Source: a virus (lineage: Duplodnaviria; Caudoviricetes). From it: a DNA stretch of 32,865 nt. Under the pieces are notes generated by a model. It was not told where the DNA came from and did no database searches. It worked only from the letters and a program-made list of their open reading frames with translations. Of this stretch, positions 8,280 through 21,140 are shown piece after piece; within the stretch, counting starts at the first letter, position 1, and the number at the start of each line of letters is the position of its first letter. The stretch is from IMG/VR virus record IMGVR_UViG_3300030708_002331, positions 1 through 32,865 of that record. One strand, given 5' to 3'. Made by a program: the position numbers and the translations under genes.

Positions 8280-11200
8280 GTGAGTTTAAAAAAGAACAAT
8301 CTACCATTATCTCTTAATCAAGGTATCAACACTAAGATTGATGAAAAACAACTTCCGTTTGGTCAATTTAGTCATATTGAGAATGTAAAGTTTGATAAAG
8401 AAGGAGAATATAACAAAAGAAATGGTTACACTGAAATAAAAGGTGTAAGTATTGGCAGCACTAACAATCAACCAATTATTGGAGTTTCTCAATTTAAGGA
8501 TCAGCTACTATGGCTATCTAGAGATCAAATTTACAGCTACAGTCAAAGTTCAGACGTTTGGCAAAACGAAGGTAGTTATGATGCAGTAGTTCCTCAATCT
8601 AAAACAATTTTATCTAACGGTAAAGAACAAACTCAGCTTCAAATTGCTTATCTAAATGGTTATAGAATATTAGGCTGGTTAGAGTCTGGTAAATACAAAA
8701 TATCAATTATAGATGAAGAAACTGGCTCTTATGTAATTAGTGATACTGAAATTCCTGGCATCACTGCTTCAGGTTCAGTAGCTTTTATAAGAATGCAAGT
8801 TTATAATGGGCTGGTATGGTTTTTTTGGACTGATGGTTCTAGAGTTTTAAAATACAATTATCTAAACTTAAATAATTTTTTAACTAGAGAGTTTCCTTTT
8901 GAAGCAGGTGCAAACAAAGCTTTTACTTCAGAAGCTACTGTAGCTACTTTAGCTAGTGATCAAAGATTTGATGTAGCAGCAGGTGATACTTCTATGATGG
9001 TTGTCTATTATGATAATAGTGCCTCAGAGTTGAGATTAGCTAGATGGGATATTCTTAATGTAGTCGCTGTAGATCAAGATCCATGGGGAAGTACAGCAAT
9101 TACTCCACATGATGCAATTGATTTTCAAGTAGATGGAGAAGGTAAGTTTATATTGTTAACTTCTAATGGAAGTGGTGTCGTAAAAATATCAGTCTTAGGG
9201 TCTGATGGTTCACTAGCAGCAGGTCCAACTACTATTAAAGATGTCACTACAATAACAGGTGCTCACTCATGTAGAGCCGTTACTGCCGCTTCCGCAGATA
9301 ATGACACTGTTACAATATTCATGCAGGTTTATCAAACTTCTCCAAGACTCTACACTATATCCACTGGCACTAACACTAATGGTGGAAATGATTTAAAGTT
9401 TACTTGGAGTTTAGTTTATGTAGCCAAGGCTACGTACCAGTTCAGTACGGGTACGGTTGGTACAACTTCAGTAATGGCTAGAGGTGTAGGTTTAGCCTCT
9501 AAGGCATTTGTTCAAGATGAAACTGTTTATGTAAATGTAATAAGAGAAACAGACTTACACGCTACTTATTACACTATGAAATCTGATGGCTCTGTACAAG
9601 CAAAGATTAGCCAAGGTCAGGGTGGTAGTATTTTAAACAACACTAGAAAGGGTAGTCCCTCTGGTAATTTAAGTACAGGGTTTTTTAACTATGATGCCAG
9701 TACAAATGCAAACGCTGTTTATACCATACCTAGTTTATCAGATGTTCCATCAATATCGTCTACTAAGTTTTTGTTTGCAAGTAAAGCTCAAGGTAGAATT
9801 ATAAGTGGGAACGAAGGGGTTACAAGTTACTTTACATTGTTTGGTGTAAACTCTTCGGTATTAGATTTTGACAATAAAGTTGTTAACCAAACTGTTGATA
9901 TGCAAAACAACTTAAACATAGCAGGAGGACAACTTAAGTGTTATGATGGTAATGTTCTTGTAGAACAAGGTTTTAATTACCCTCCTAATACTTTGTTTGC
10001 AGAACAGGGAACTGGCTCTACTGGACCTTTTGAAACTAAAACTTACAACTATCTAGCAGTCTATAGCTGGACAGACATTCAAGGTAATGTTTTTAAATCT
10101 GCCTTATCTAGTCAAGCCTCAGTAACTTGTACTGCTGCTGTTACATCTATTTCTGTAAACATACCTACTTTGGACTTAACACAAAAAACTGATGTTTATG
10201 TTGAACTATACAGGACAGAAGGTAACGGTTCAGTATTTTATAAAACCATGGGAGACAGTAGTGATACTGTAGATCAAACGTCTAAACCAATAATTAATAG
10301 AACTGATGGAGTTGACTTTGTTTTATTTACTGATCAAACCTCAGACGCAAAACTTATTGCAAACGAATTACTTTATACTGAAGGTGGAGAAGTAGAAAAC
10401 GTAAGTCCTCCTTCTAATTCACTTATAGCTACTTTTAAAAACAGATTATTCTTAGCAGGGCTAGAAAACAAACTAGAACTAAAGTTCTCAAAGATAGTTG
10501 AAGAAAACACAGGTATAGGTTTTAATGATACCTTTAGAATAGTAATGTCTGGTTTAGGTGGTGACATAACAGCCCTAAAAGGTATGGATGACAAACTAAT
10601 TATATTCAAAAGAAATGCCATATTCTTTTTATCTGGGGATGGTCCTAACAATATTGGTGAACAAAATACGTTTATTGAACCTCAACTAGTGTCTTCTGAT
10701 ATAGGTTGTGTAGAAGCTAATAGTGTAGTTCTAACTCCTCAAGGTTTATTTTTTAAATCAAATAAAGGTATTTACATCTTAGAAAGATCATTAGTGCTCA
10801 AGTACATAGGCTTCCCAGTAGATGATTTTAATAATTTAACTATTACAAAAGCTGACATTTTTGCAAAAGACAACGAGGTAAGGTTTTTAACTTCTGATGG
10901 ATTTTGTTTAGTTTATAACTACTTTAGAGGTTTTTGGTCTTTGTATGATAACCATAGAGGTGTAAGCTCTGTAGTGGTTGGCGATGATTATTATTATGTT
11001 CATGTAAGTCCAGACGGAAACAAGCTCTATAAACAAAGTACAGACTTTGATGATGCAGGAGTTCCTATAAACATGACAGTGGAGACAGGTTGGATAAACC
11101 CAGCTGGTTCACAATCATCTATAAGAATCTACAGAATGTTAGTATTAGGAGATTACTTTAGTCCACATAGACTTAAAGTTAGTGTGTGTTACAACTATGA

Positions 11201-11558
11201 TGACACTTTTTCTCAAACAAAAATAATTGATGTTGCTGACCAAACTGAGATTTATAGGTATGGAGATCCAGGTAGACGCATTGAGTCTGGTAGTCTTAAG
11301 AAAGGATTTTATGGAGATCCAGGTGGAACTACTGGAGATTACACTACAGCCATCCCATATGGTGGAAAAGACGTTATGCAATATCAATATAGACTTGATT
11401 TTGTAAAACAAAAATGCGAATCTTTCAAGATAAAGATAGAAACTGTGCAAGGCGCAGGAGAGTTGGGTAGAGGTATAAACCTTTCTCAAATTATGTTTGT
11501 ACTTGGTTCACGTGGTACAGACCATAAAATTAAACAAAGTAAGATTTTTAGTGTCTAG
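8280..11558 (+). CDS. Tail nozzle/hub protein (P22 gp10 / T7 gp12 analogue)
   Basis: GTG start with AGGAGG RBS; 1092 aa, beta-rich, with propeller-like motifs (FKNRLFLAG, DITALKGMDDKLIIFKRNAIF, SSDIGCV, GLFFKSNKGIY, VETGWI); expected position. Confidence 0.78.
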   Translation: MSLKKNNLPLSLNQGINTKIDEKQLPFGQFSHIENVKFDKEGEYNKRNGYTEIKGVSIGSTNNQPIIGVSQFKDQLLWLSRDQIYSYSQSSDVWQNEGSYDAVVPQSKTILSNGKEQTQLQIAYLNGYRILGWLESGKYKISIIDEETGSYVISDTEIPGITASGSVAFIRMQVYNGLVWFFWTDGSRVLKYNYLNLNNFLTREFPFEAGANKAFTSEATVATLASDQRFDVAAGDTSMMVVYYDNSASELRLARWDILNVVAVDQDPWGSTAITPHDAIDFQVDGEGKFILLTSNGSGVVKISVLGSDGSLAAGPTTIKDVTTITGAHSCRAVTAASADNDTVTIFMQVYQTSPRLYTISTGTNTNGGNDLKFTWSLVYVAKATYQFSTGTVGTTSVMARGVGLASKAFVQDETVYVNVIRETDLHATYYTMKSDGSVQAKISQGQGGSILNNTRKGSPSGNLSTGFFNYDASTNANAVYTIPSLSDVPSISSTKFLFASKAQGRIISGNEGVTSYFTLFGVNSSVLDFDNKVVNQTVDMQNNLNIAGGQLKCYDGNVLVEQGFNYPPNTLFAEQGTGSTGPFETKTYNYLAVYSWTDIQGNVFKSALSSQASVTCTAAVTSISVNIPTLDLTQKTDVYVELYRTEGNGSVFYKTMGDSSDTVDQTSKPIINRTDGVDFVLFTDQTSDAKLIANELLYTEGGEVENVSPPSNSLIATFKNRLFLAGLENKLELKFSKIVEENTGIGFNDTFRIVMSGLGGDITALKGMDDKLIIFKRNAIFFLSGDGPNNIGEQNTFIEPQLVSSDIGCVEANSVVLTPQGLFFKSNKGIYILERSLVLKYIGFPVDDFNNLTITKADIFAKDNEVRFLTSDGFCLVYNYFRGFWSLYDNHRGVSSVVVGDDYYYVHVSPDGNKLYKQSTDFDDAGVPINMTVETGWINPAGSQSSIRIYRMLVLGDYFSPHRLKVSVCYNYDDTFSQTKIIDVADQTEIYRYGDPGRRIESGSLKKGFYGDPGGTTGDYTTAIPYGGKDVMQYQYRLDFVKQKCESFKIKIETVQGAGELGRGINLSQIMFVLGSRGTDHKIKQSKIFSV

Positions 11559-11566
11559 GAGCAATT

Positions 11567-11898
11567 ATGTCACATTATGCAGAGTATAGATTAGAATGTT
11601 ATAATATCCATAGTTTTGAAGACGAACATGGACTCTTTGCTTGTAAAGCATTTGATGACGATAAAAGGTTACATATAGAGGATATGTGGGTAAAACCAGA
11701 ATTTAGAGATAAAAAAATAGGACAAGAATATCAAGCTAAAGTATTTAATTACGCTAAAGAAAATGGATACGAAAAAGTTACGTGTTCCGTTTATGTTTTT
11801 AACAAACATGCAAACGAAACTCTAGCTAAATTTTTACATAACAAATGGAAACTAGCTTGGAACAATGGCGATTATATTGTGCTCAGTAAGGATGTAAT

Positions 11899-11902
<4 letters not shown>
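11567..11902 (+). CDS. GNAT-fold acetyltransferase-like protein
   Basis: HIEDMWVKPEFRDKKIG resembles GNAT motif A (V-x-P-x-x-R-x-x-G-I-G); sits between nozzle and first ejection gene as P22 gp14 and T7 gp13 do. Confidence 0.72.
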
Positions 11903-15159
<3,257 letters not shown>

Positions 15160-15169
15160 GGAGCAATGA

Positions 15170-18100
15170 GTGTTAAAAGCTATTATACTTTATTTATGTT
15201 TAGGGAGTATAGCAATGTCTAAATTAGTAGGAAGAACTGGAGGCTTAGATCCAAAAAAGTTAGCAGCTTTAGAAAAAGTTCTTAAAGAAGCTGGTATAAA
15301 AGGTGACATTAGAATTAATAGTGGTCTTAGAGGTCATGATGAAATGCTTAGAATCTATAAAAGTCGTTTAAAAAGAGAAAAACTAGACTCTATAATGCCA
15401 GACCTTCCTAAAAGTTCTTCTGATATGATTAAGCAAATGATTTTAAAAACAGACTACAAAGGTAAAGATAGTGAAATAGACATAATTTATTCTAGAAACT
15501 TAGGTAAGAAAAAAATAAAAGAAACACTAGAAAAACAATTAGTAAAAGATGGACTAAGTGAAGTTAAGTCCAAGGCAATAGCGAACAAAGTTTTAAAAAT
15601 AAGATCAGACTTTGGAGGGTTTGAATCTGGACACACAAAAGGCAATAAAGTAGACATTAATAGAAGTCTACTAAATAAGCCAGGAGTTAAAGATTTACTT
15701 GTAAAGAAAGGTTATAGAATATTAGACGAAGAAAAAAACGGAATATGGGACATAGCTTTTCCTGAACCTGGAAAAAAAGGTAGTTATGAAATACTAAAAT
15801 CAAAAGGTAAAGTAAAAAAATCTCAACCTAAACCAATGTCTAAACCTGACATGGATAACAAATTTTTAATACCAGAAGACCAAGCTTCTATACCTAAGTG
15901 GATGAAGAAACATGGTTATAACTACGAAGACATGAAAAAACCTGATGGCTCTTGGTATCATCCAGGGGATGCTATGCAACCAATGGACCCAAAGTTTGAG
16001 GATGTAAAAGAGTTTGAAGAATTTAAACAACAGGAAATGGTAGAGCCTGAAGTAAGCCCTATGGGTAAACAATTAGAAGATATGGATATGATGGACATGC
16101 AAGCTCCTAAGCCAGACCTTATACTACCAGACGCTCCACCACCTAATCCTTATGGTGTTTTTGCTCAAGATCAACCAGAGTTTAAAATGGCAGAAGAGCA
16201 AGAAAAAAGAAAAGTTCTTATGGCTAAAGGTGGAGAAGTTAATCCACGTATTCCAAGAAAAGAAGGACAACCAGCTAAGTCTAAAAAACATTCTGACCTT
16301 TATACTGATGAAGACCCTAAGGGAACTATTCATGGACTTGGGTTCAAAGATGTTCCAAAAGCTAAAGCGTCTGTAGCTAAAATTCGTAAGTCTTCGAGGT
16401 CTCATGCTCATAAAGTTCAAGCAGCAGTAGCTATGGAACAAAGAGCAAGAGAAATGGGTAAAACTCCCGAAGCAGCAGTTTATAGAAAATTTATAAACGA
16501 TATGAAAGAGAGGACTAAAAAAATGAAAAAAAATAAGGGTGGAGAAATAAAATACCAAGAAGGTGGAGAAGCTGTATCAGACTTCAAACTCTCTAGTATA
16601 GAGGATATAATCGGAGGTTTGGATGATACAGCCTCTAAAGCTGCTCAACCAGAGCTACAAAAAGCTGATCAAATAATTCAAGAGGATGTTTCACAACAAG
16701 GTGATGTTGTAGAACAAGATGATCTTGGAGAACAAATGGCTGCATTCCGGTCTGGAGAAGGTCAAGCAATGGAGTCTGATAAAGTAGAAGAGCAGGAAAA
16801 AATAGCAAGAGACCCTGAGGCTTCAGAAACAGCTTTACCTAGAGAGAAAGGTGTCCCTGGTTATATAATGGCAGGTGATATAAAAGGATTAGTAGAAGCT
16901 AGAGACAGCGGGTTATTCCCTAGATCTGTTATAAATAAAGAGATAGCTAGAAGAAAGTCTGATGTTAAGAAACAAGCAGGTCTTAAAAGATCACCTTCTA
17001 TAGCAGACATTGTAAAGGTAGAAGAAACTAAAGATGTAGTTGAAGCTCCAAAAGCTCCAAAAAAACCAAAAGGTGATGTGTCTAAGACAGAGCCTTCTGT
17101 TAGAGTAACTAGTGATGCTGAGAAACAAAAATCTGCTCTTGAGAGACAAAGAGCTGAACTAGATGCAAAAATTCAAGATTATCAAAACATGGAGTCTAAG
17201 TATGATGCCATAGACACCAATAGATTTTTTAACTCAGGTGGAACTCTTAATAAAATTATTAGTATGGTAGCAGCAGGTTTTGGTGGATATGCTTCTGGTA
17301 GGTTTGGTGGACCTAACGTCTATCTTAATCTTATAGACAAAGAAGTTCAAAGAGACATAAAACAACAAAAATTAGACAGAGAAGACGAAGTAGCTAAACA
17401 AAACTCTGCTTATAAAAAAATAAAACAATTAGCAGATAGATACCAAATGGCAGTAGATAATGATTTTGCTAAAAAGAAGTTAGAAATGTTAAGTAAAAAA
17501 ATGGATGAGAAAGTAGCTGCTAATAGAAACAAACTAGCCGTAGAACAGTTAAAACAACAGGATTATGGTAGAATAACAAAACCATTATCTAGGGCAGATT
17601 TTACTGCTTTAGACTTTAAATACCCAAAAATGAAACTTAGAGATAGAGCCTTAGTAGGTAAAGATGGTCAAGTTTACATAGTTGATAGTGCTGATGCTAA
17701 AAAGAAATTAGAAGAACAGATTGAAAATAACACAGGTGCGGTTCAAGCTATAGATCAACTGATAGACATAACTCCTAACTTAAGCTTTTTTGAAAAACTC
17801 CCAGGAGCAGGAAGAGTCTCTGTTAATAGAAGACTAGCTGATGCTACAAGAGACGCTCTAGTTGGTAAGCTAAGACTAGAACTTTTTGGTCCAGGTGTTA
17901 TGACTGATACTGAAAGAGAACAGGCTAAAAAGATTATTGGTGACCCAGGTGCTTTATTTGAATTAACTGCTCCAAAAGTAGCTGCATTACAAAACATAAG
18001 ATGGAAACTAAAGTATGCTGAAAGAGAAAGACTTAGAAGAAATGGCGTACAAGTTCCTATGAGTCGTAATGATTTAAAAGTAGAGAATAGATTAAAAGCT

Positions 18101-18268
18101 ATGGGAATGCCTCCATTTGCTAAAGCTTCTCCTAGACAAAAAAGAGAAGCTATGGATTTCTTAATAAAAAGAGAGAAGAAGGCAATGTCTGATGCTGCTA
18201 AGGGAAAAGCTCCTATGGGTTGGTATAAAGGAAAATTCTGGGACAAAGATGAACAAGGTAACTTTTAG
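15170..18268 (+). CDS. Internal virion / ejection protein 2 with N-terminal peptidase M15-like domain
   Basis: IRINSGLR and SGHTKGNKVD match the SGxR and SxHxxGxAxD motifs of Hedgehog/DD-peptidase (M15) enzymes; the rest is helical with a Gly-rich hydrophobic segment (IISMVAAGFGGYASG). Alternative start ATG 15215. Confidence 0.65.
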   Translation: MLKAIILYLCLGSIAMSKLVGRTGGLDPKKLAALEKVLKEAGIKGDIRINSGLRGHDEMLRIYKSRLKREKLDSIMPDLPKSSSDMIKQMILKTDYKGKDSEIDIIYSRNLGKKKIKETLEKQLVKDGLSEVKSKAIANKVLKIRSDFGGFESGHTKGNKVDINRSLLNKPGVKDLLVKKGYRILDEEKNGIWDIAFPEPGKKGSYEILKSKGKVKKSQPKPMSKPDMDNKFLIPEDQASIPKWMKKHGYNYEDMKKPDGSWYHPGDAMQPMDPKFEDVKEFEEFKQQEMVEPEVSPMGKQLEDMDMMDMQAPKPDLILPDAPPPNPYGVFAQDQPEFKMAEEQEKRKVLMAKGGEVNPRIPRKEGQPAKSKKHSDLYTDEDPKGTIHGLGFKDVPKAKASVAKIRKSSRSHAHKVQAAVAMEQRAREMGKTPEAAVYRKFINDMKERTKKMKKNKGGEIKYQEGGEAVSDFKLSSIEDIIGGLDDTASKAAQPELQKADQIIQEDVSQQGDVVEQDDLGEQMAAFRSGEGQAMESDKVEEQEKIARDPEASETALPREKGVPGYIMAGDIKGLVEARDSGLFPRSVINKEIARRKSDVKKQAGLKRSPSIADIVKVEETKDVVEAPKAPKKPKGDVSKTEPSVRVTSDAEKQKSALERQRAELDAKIQDYQNMESKYDAIDTNRFFNSGGTLNKIISMVAAGFGGYASGRFGGPNVYLNLIDKEVQRDIKQQKLDREDEVAKQNSAYKKIKQLADRYQMAVDNDFAKKKLEMLSKKMDEKVAANRNKLAVEQLKQQDYGRITKPLSRADFTALDFKYPKMKLRDRALVGKDGQVYIVDSADAKKKLEEQIENNTGAVQAIDQLIDITPNLSFFEKLPGAGRVSVNRRLADATRDALVGKLRLELFGPGVMTDTEREQAKKIIGDPGALFELTAPKVAALQNIRWKLKYAERERLRRNGVQVPMSRNDLKVENRLKAMGMPPFAKASPRQKREAMDFLIKREKKAMSDAAKGKAPMGWYKGKFWDKDEQGNF

Positions 18269-18275
18269 GTGACAT

Positions 18276-20693
18276 ATGTTAACTGAAGAAGAAAAATTAC
18301 AATATCAAAAGTTAGATCAAGAGTATGAGGCTAAAAAAGCTGAAAGACTTGCTGATTCTCAACAAGAAGTATTTTCCAAAGAAGACGAAGAGTGGATGGC
18401 TAATGATGCTCGTCTTGAAGAAAAGTATGGTGATTCTCCTTTTCAAACTTTTGCAGAATCAGCTTTATCGTCTGTTAGTTTTGGTCTTTCTGATCAAGTA
18501 GGTAAGGCTTTAGGTTTTGGAGAGGCATTAAGAGAAAGAAGAGATAGAAATGAAAAATCAGCTGTAGCAGGAGAGATAACAGGTATAGTAGGTCCAGCCT
18601 TATTTTCTGGAGGTAGTTCACTACTAGCAAAAGGTGTAGGTGTAGCAGGAAAAGGTATGGCTACAGCAGCTAAAACTGGTCAAGTTGTAGAAAAACTAAC
18701 AGCAAAAGGTATTAATAAACTGTTAGCAGAAACAGGAAAGAAAAAGTTTGCTAGAGATGTTCTATCAAAAAGTATTTCTAAGGGAGCAGGGTCGGCTGTT
18801 GAAGGTACTTTCTATGGTATTGGAGAGTTAATAGAAGAAAATGCTCTTGGTAATGCAGAGTTTAATGCAGAAAACCTCATGGCTTATGGTGGTAAAGGAG
18901 CTTTATGGGGTGGTCTTGTAGGTGGAGGTATTGGTGGTTTAGGAAAAACTGTATCTATAGTAGTTCCTAAAATGAAAGGAAACAAAGTAGTTGGAACATC
19001 TATAAAAAAGATTGATGATTTTTCTGATAAAATGACTAACCCTGTCTATAACTCATTTAAACTTGGTGGGTTCAAAGATGAAACTATAGAAAGACTGATA
19101 CAACGTAACCCAAAAATGGTTGAAAATTTACCTGAAGTTTTAGGTAAAGTAATGAGAAAAAATGGGTCAGTAAAATCCTTAGCTTCTAATCGTAGTTTAC
19201 TAGAGGCTTCACAGGGTTATCTAGATGACCTAGGAGAAGGTATTAGCAAAACTGTCAGAGACATAGATGATGCAGTTCTTACTCCTAGAGATTTTCCAAA
19301 AATAAAAGACGTAGCTAGTAAACAACGTAAAGAATTAGAAAAACTAAAAGAAAAATACGTAGATAAAAATGGTAATCCTATAAGTGAAGAAGCTGCAAAA
19401 AAAGTAAGAAGAATTGAAAAAGAATATCAGTTTGCTAAAGACAAAGGTTTAGATAGTAAGTTAGTAAATGAAAATTATTATACTGCCAAAGACTTACATA
19501 ATTTAAAAAAACAATTTCATGAACAATCTAATTATCATAAAAAAGTAGACTTAAGTATAGAAGACGAAATAAATAGAGCATATGCTAAGGCTACAAGAGA
19601 TTCTTTACATGATTTTTCTTATAAACTAAACACACCTTTAGGAATTAAACTAAGGCAAGAACTATTAGATTACAACAGCTTAGCTACATTTGTAAGTGGA
19701 TTTAGTAAAAGAATAAAGGGTCAAACTAACTTTCCAAGTAAAAGAGACATCTTTCTTGGTCTATCAGCTTTAGGTATGGGTGTAGATCCTTTTACAGCAG
19801 CAGGTATAGCTGGGGCTGCTTCTGCTTTTGTTAAGTCTGATTTAAAAAATAAGTTATTTGTTCTTAGTAGAATAGAACGTAGTAATCAACTTGTAGGTAA
19901 AAAAATACAAAGAGGTGTGAAAAAGTTTTTTGTAAGCGGAGTAAAAAGAGCAGCAGTTCCTCTTTCTGCTACAATTCTTACAAAAAGTCCTTTAGCTAAA
20001 GAAAGAAAAGACGGTATTGTAGTAGGTAAGCCAAAAAACGATCAAGAAGCTTTGAAAAATGTAATGTCTAACTTAGATTACTTGAGAGAAAACCCTGAAA
20101 ATTTTGACAGGATTATGCTAGACCCTAATTTACAAGCAGCAGCCCCTCAGACATATGCTAAATCGAAAGAACTAGCGTCTAGGGCTTTGATGTTTTTAGA
20201 TAGAAAAATGCCAAGAAGTATGTCTAAACAATTAAATGTTAATCCTTTTCTAAGAAAAACATTCCCTTCTTCTGATCAAGAAATTTATAAGTTTAAAAAA
20301 TACCTTCATGCGGTGCAAAATCCCATGTCTATAATAGATGACTTAGAGAGAGGTGCTTTAAGTACAGAGGCAGTAGAAGTTATGCAGTTTGTTTATCCTG
20401 AATTGTACTCAGAAGTTCAGTCACAAGTTTTCAAGCAGTTAGAGAAAACTGGAGATAAAAATAAGGTAGAATATCCTCAAAGATTACAATTAGGTGTTTT
20501 GATGGGAATGCCAACTGATATGGCTCTTCTTCCTCAAGCCATAAAAGGACTCCAATCTTTATATAAGGAAGCTCAGGTATCTCAAGCAGGAGGAACTATT
20601 ACAGCAGCAGCAGCAAATAAATTAGATTTAGCTGAATCTCAGGCTACTGAGTTAGAAAAAGTAAGTAATCGTAAAGACTTAAACAGAGCTTAA
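18276..20693 (+). CDS. Internal virion / ejection protein 3
   Basis: AGGT RBS; 805 aa helical protein with Gly/Ala-rich hydrophobic stretches (SSVSFGLSD, GALWGGLVGGGIGG, IFLGLSALGMG...AAGIAGAASAFV) typical of membrane-inserting ejection proteins. Confidence 0.65.
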   Translation: MLTEEEKLQYQKLDQEYEAKKAERLADSQQEVFSKEDEEWMANDARLEEKYGDSPFQTFAESALSSVSFGLSDQVGKALGFGEALRERRDRNEKSAVAGEITGIVGPALFSGGSSLLAKGVGVAGKGMATAAKTGQVVEKLTAKGINKLLAETGKKKFARDVLSKSISKGAGSAVEGTFYGIGELIEENALGNAEFNAENLMAYGGKGALWGGLVGGGIGGLGKTVSIVVPKMKGNKVVGTSIKKIDDFSDKMTNPVYNSFKLGGFKDETIERLIQRNPKMVENLPEVLGKVMRKNGSVKSLASNRSLLEASQGYLDDLGEGISKTVRDIDDAVLTPRDFPKIKDVASKQRKELEKLKEKYVDKNGNPISEEAAKKVRRIEKEYQFAKDKGLDSKLVNENYYTAKDLHNLKKQFHEQSNYHKKVDLSIEDEINRAYAKATRDSLHDFSYKLNTPLGIKLRQELLDYNSLATFVSGFSKRIKGQTNFPSKRDIFLGLSALGMGVDPFTAAGIAGAASAFVKSDLKNKLFVLSRIERSNQLVGKKIQRGVKKFFVSGVKRAAVPLSATILTKSPLAKERKDGIVVGKPKNDQEALKNVMSNLDYLRENPENFDRIMLDPNLQAAAPQTYAKSKELASRALMFLDRKMPRSMSKQLNVNPFLRKTFPSSDQEIYKFKKYLHAVQNPMSIIDDLERGALSTEAVEVMQFVYPELYSEVQSQVFKQLEKTGDKNKVEYPQRLQLGVLMGMPTDMALLPQAIKGLQSLYKEAQVSQAGGTITAAAANKLDLAESQATELEKVSNRKDLNRA

Positions 20694-20715
20694 TATAATA
20701 TAATTACAAAGGTAG
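20691..20715 (+). promoter_or_regulatory. Putative late promoter motif, copy 3
   Basis: TAATATAAT-ATAATT-ACAA-AGG-TAG beginning at the stop codon of the upstream gene. Confidence 0.65.
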
Positions 20716-20755
20716 AAACTAAGGGCTACAATCCTGTACTCATAAGGAGTTTTCA

Positions 20756-21139
20756 GTGGGCAGAAAAAATATTATTTATACTCATAAAATGCTAGATGGT
20801 ATCGATCTAGACACAAGTGCAAATAGTTCAGTTACAACTACTACAACCATAGACCATATGTCAATAAATGTAACTTGGTCAGGTTCTACTGGTACAAATA
20901 CTGGTTCAATAGTAGTTCAGGGTACAAACAAAGACCCAGATGCTTCTGATTTTGCAGCAGCAGATTACTTTGATTTAGAACTTTCTGGAGGAGCTGTGAA
21001 TCTCACAGGTGCTTCAGGTGAACATATTATTATTTTTGATAAAATACCGTTTAGAGCCATAAGGCTTTCTTATACTAACTCTACACATGCAGCAGGTACG
21101 GTTAGTGCTGTTATGTCTGCTAAGACCATAGGAGCATAA
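20756..21139 (+). CDS. Small beta-sandwich structural protein (appendage base/decoration), paralog of 27122..27532
   Basis: GTG start with TAAGGAG RBS; W...G.IVVQGTNKDP...FRAIRLSY pattern. Confidence 0.6.
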   Translation: MGRKNIIYTHKMLDGIDLDTSANSSVTTTTTIDHMSINVTWSGSTGTNTGSIVVQGTNKDPDASDFAAADYFDLELSGGAVNLTGASGEHIIIFDKIPFRAIRLSYTNSTHAAGTVSAVMSAKTIGA

Positions 21140-21140
21140 C

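Noticed and set aside
15166-15222. 18-codon ORF from ATG 15166 (MSVKSYYTLFMFREYSNV)
   Set aside because: AGGAG is only 2 nt from this ATG and fits GTG 15170 better; no support for the peptide.
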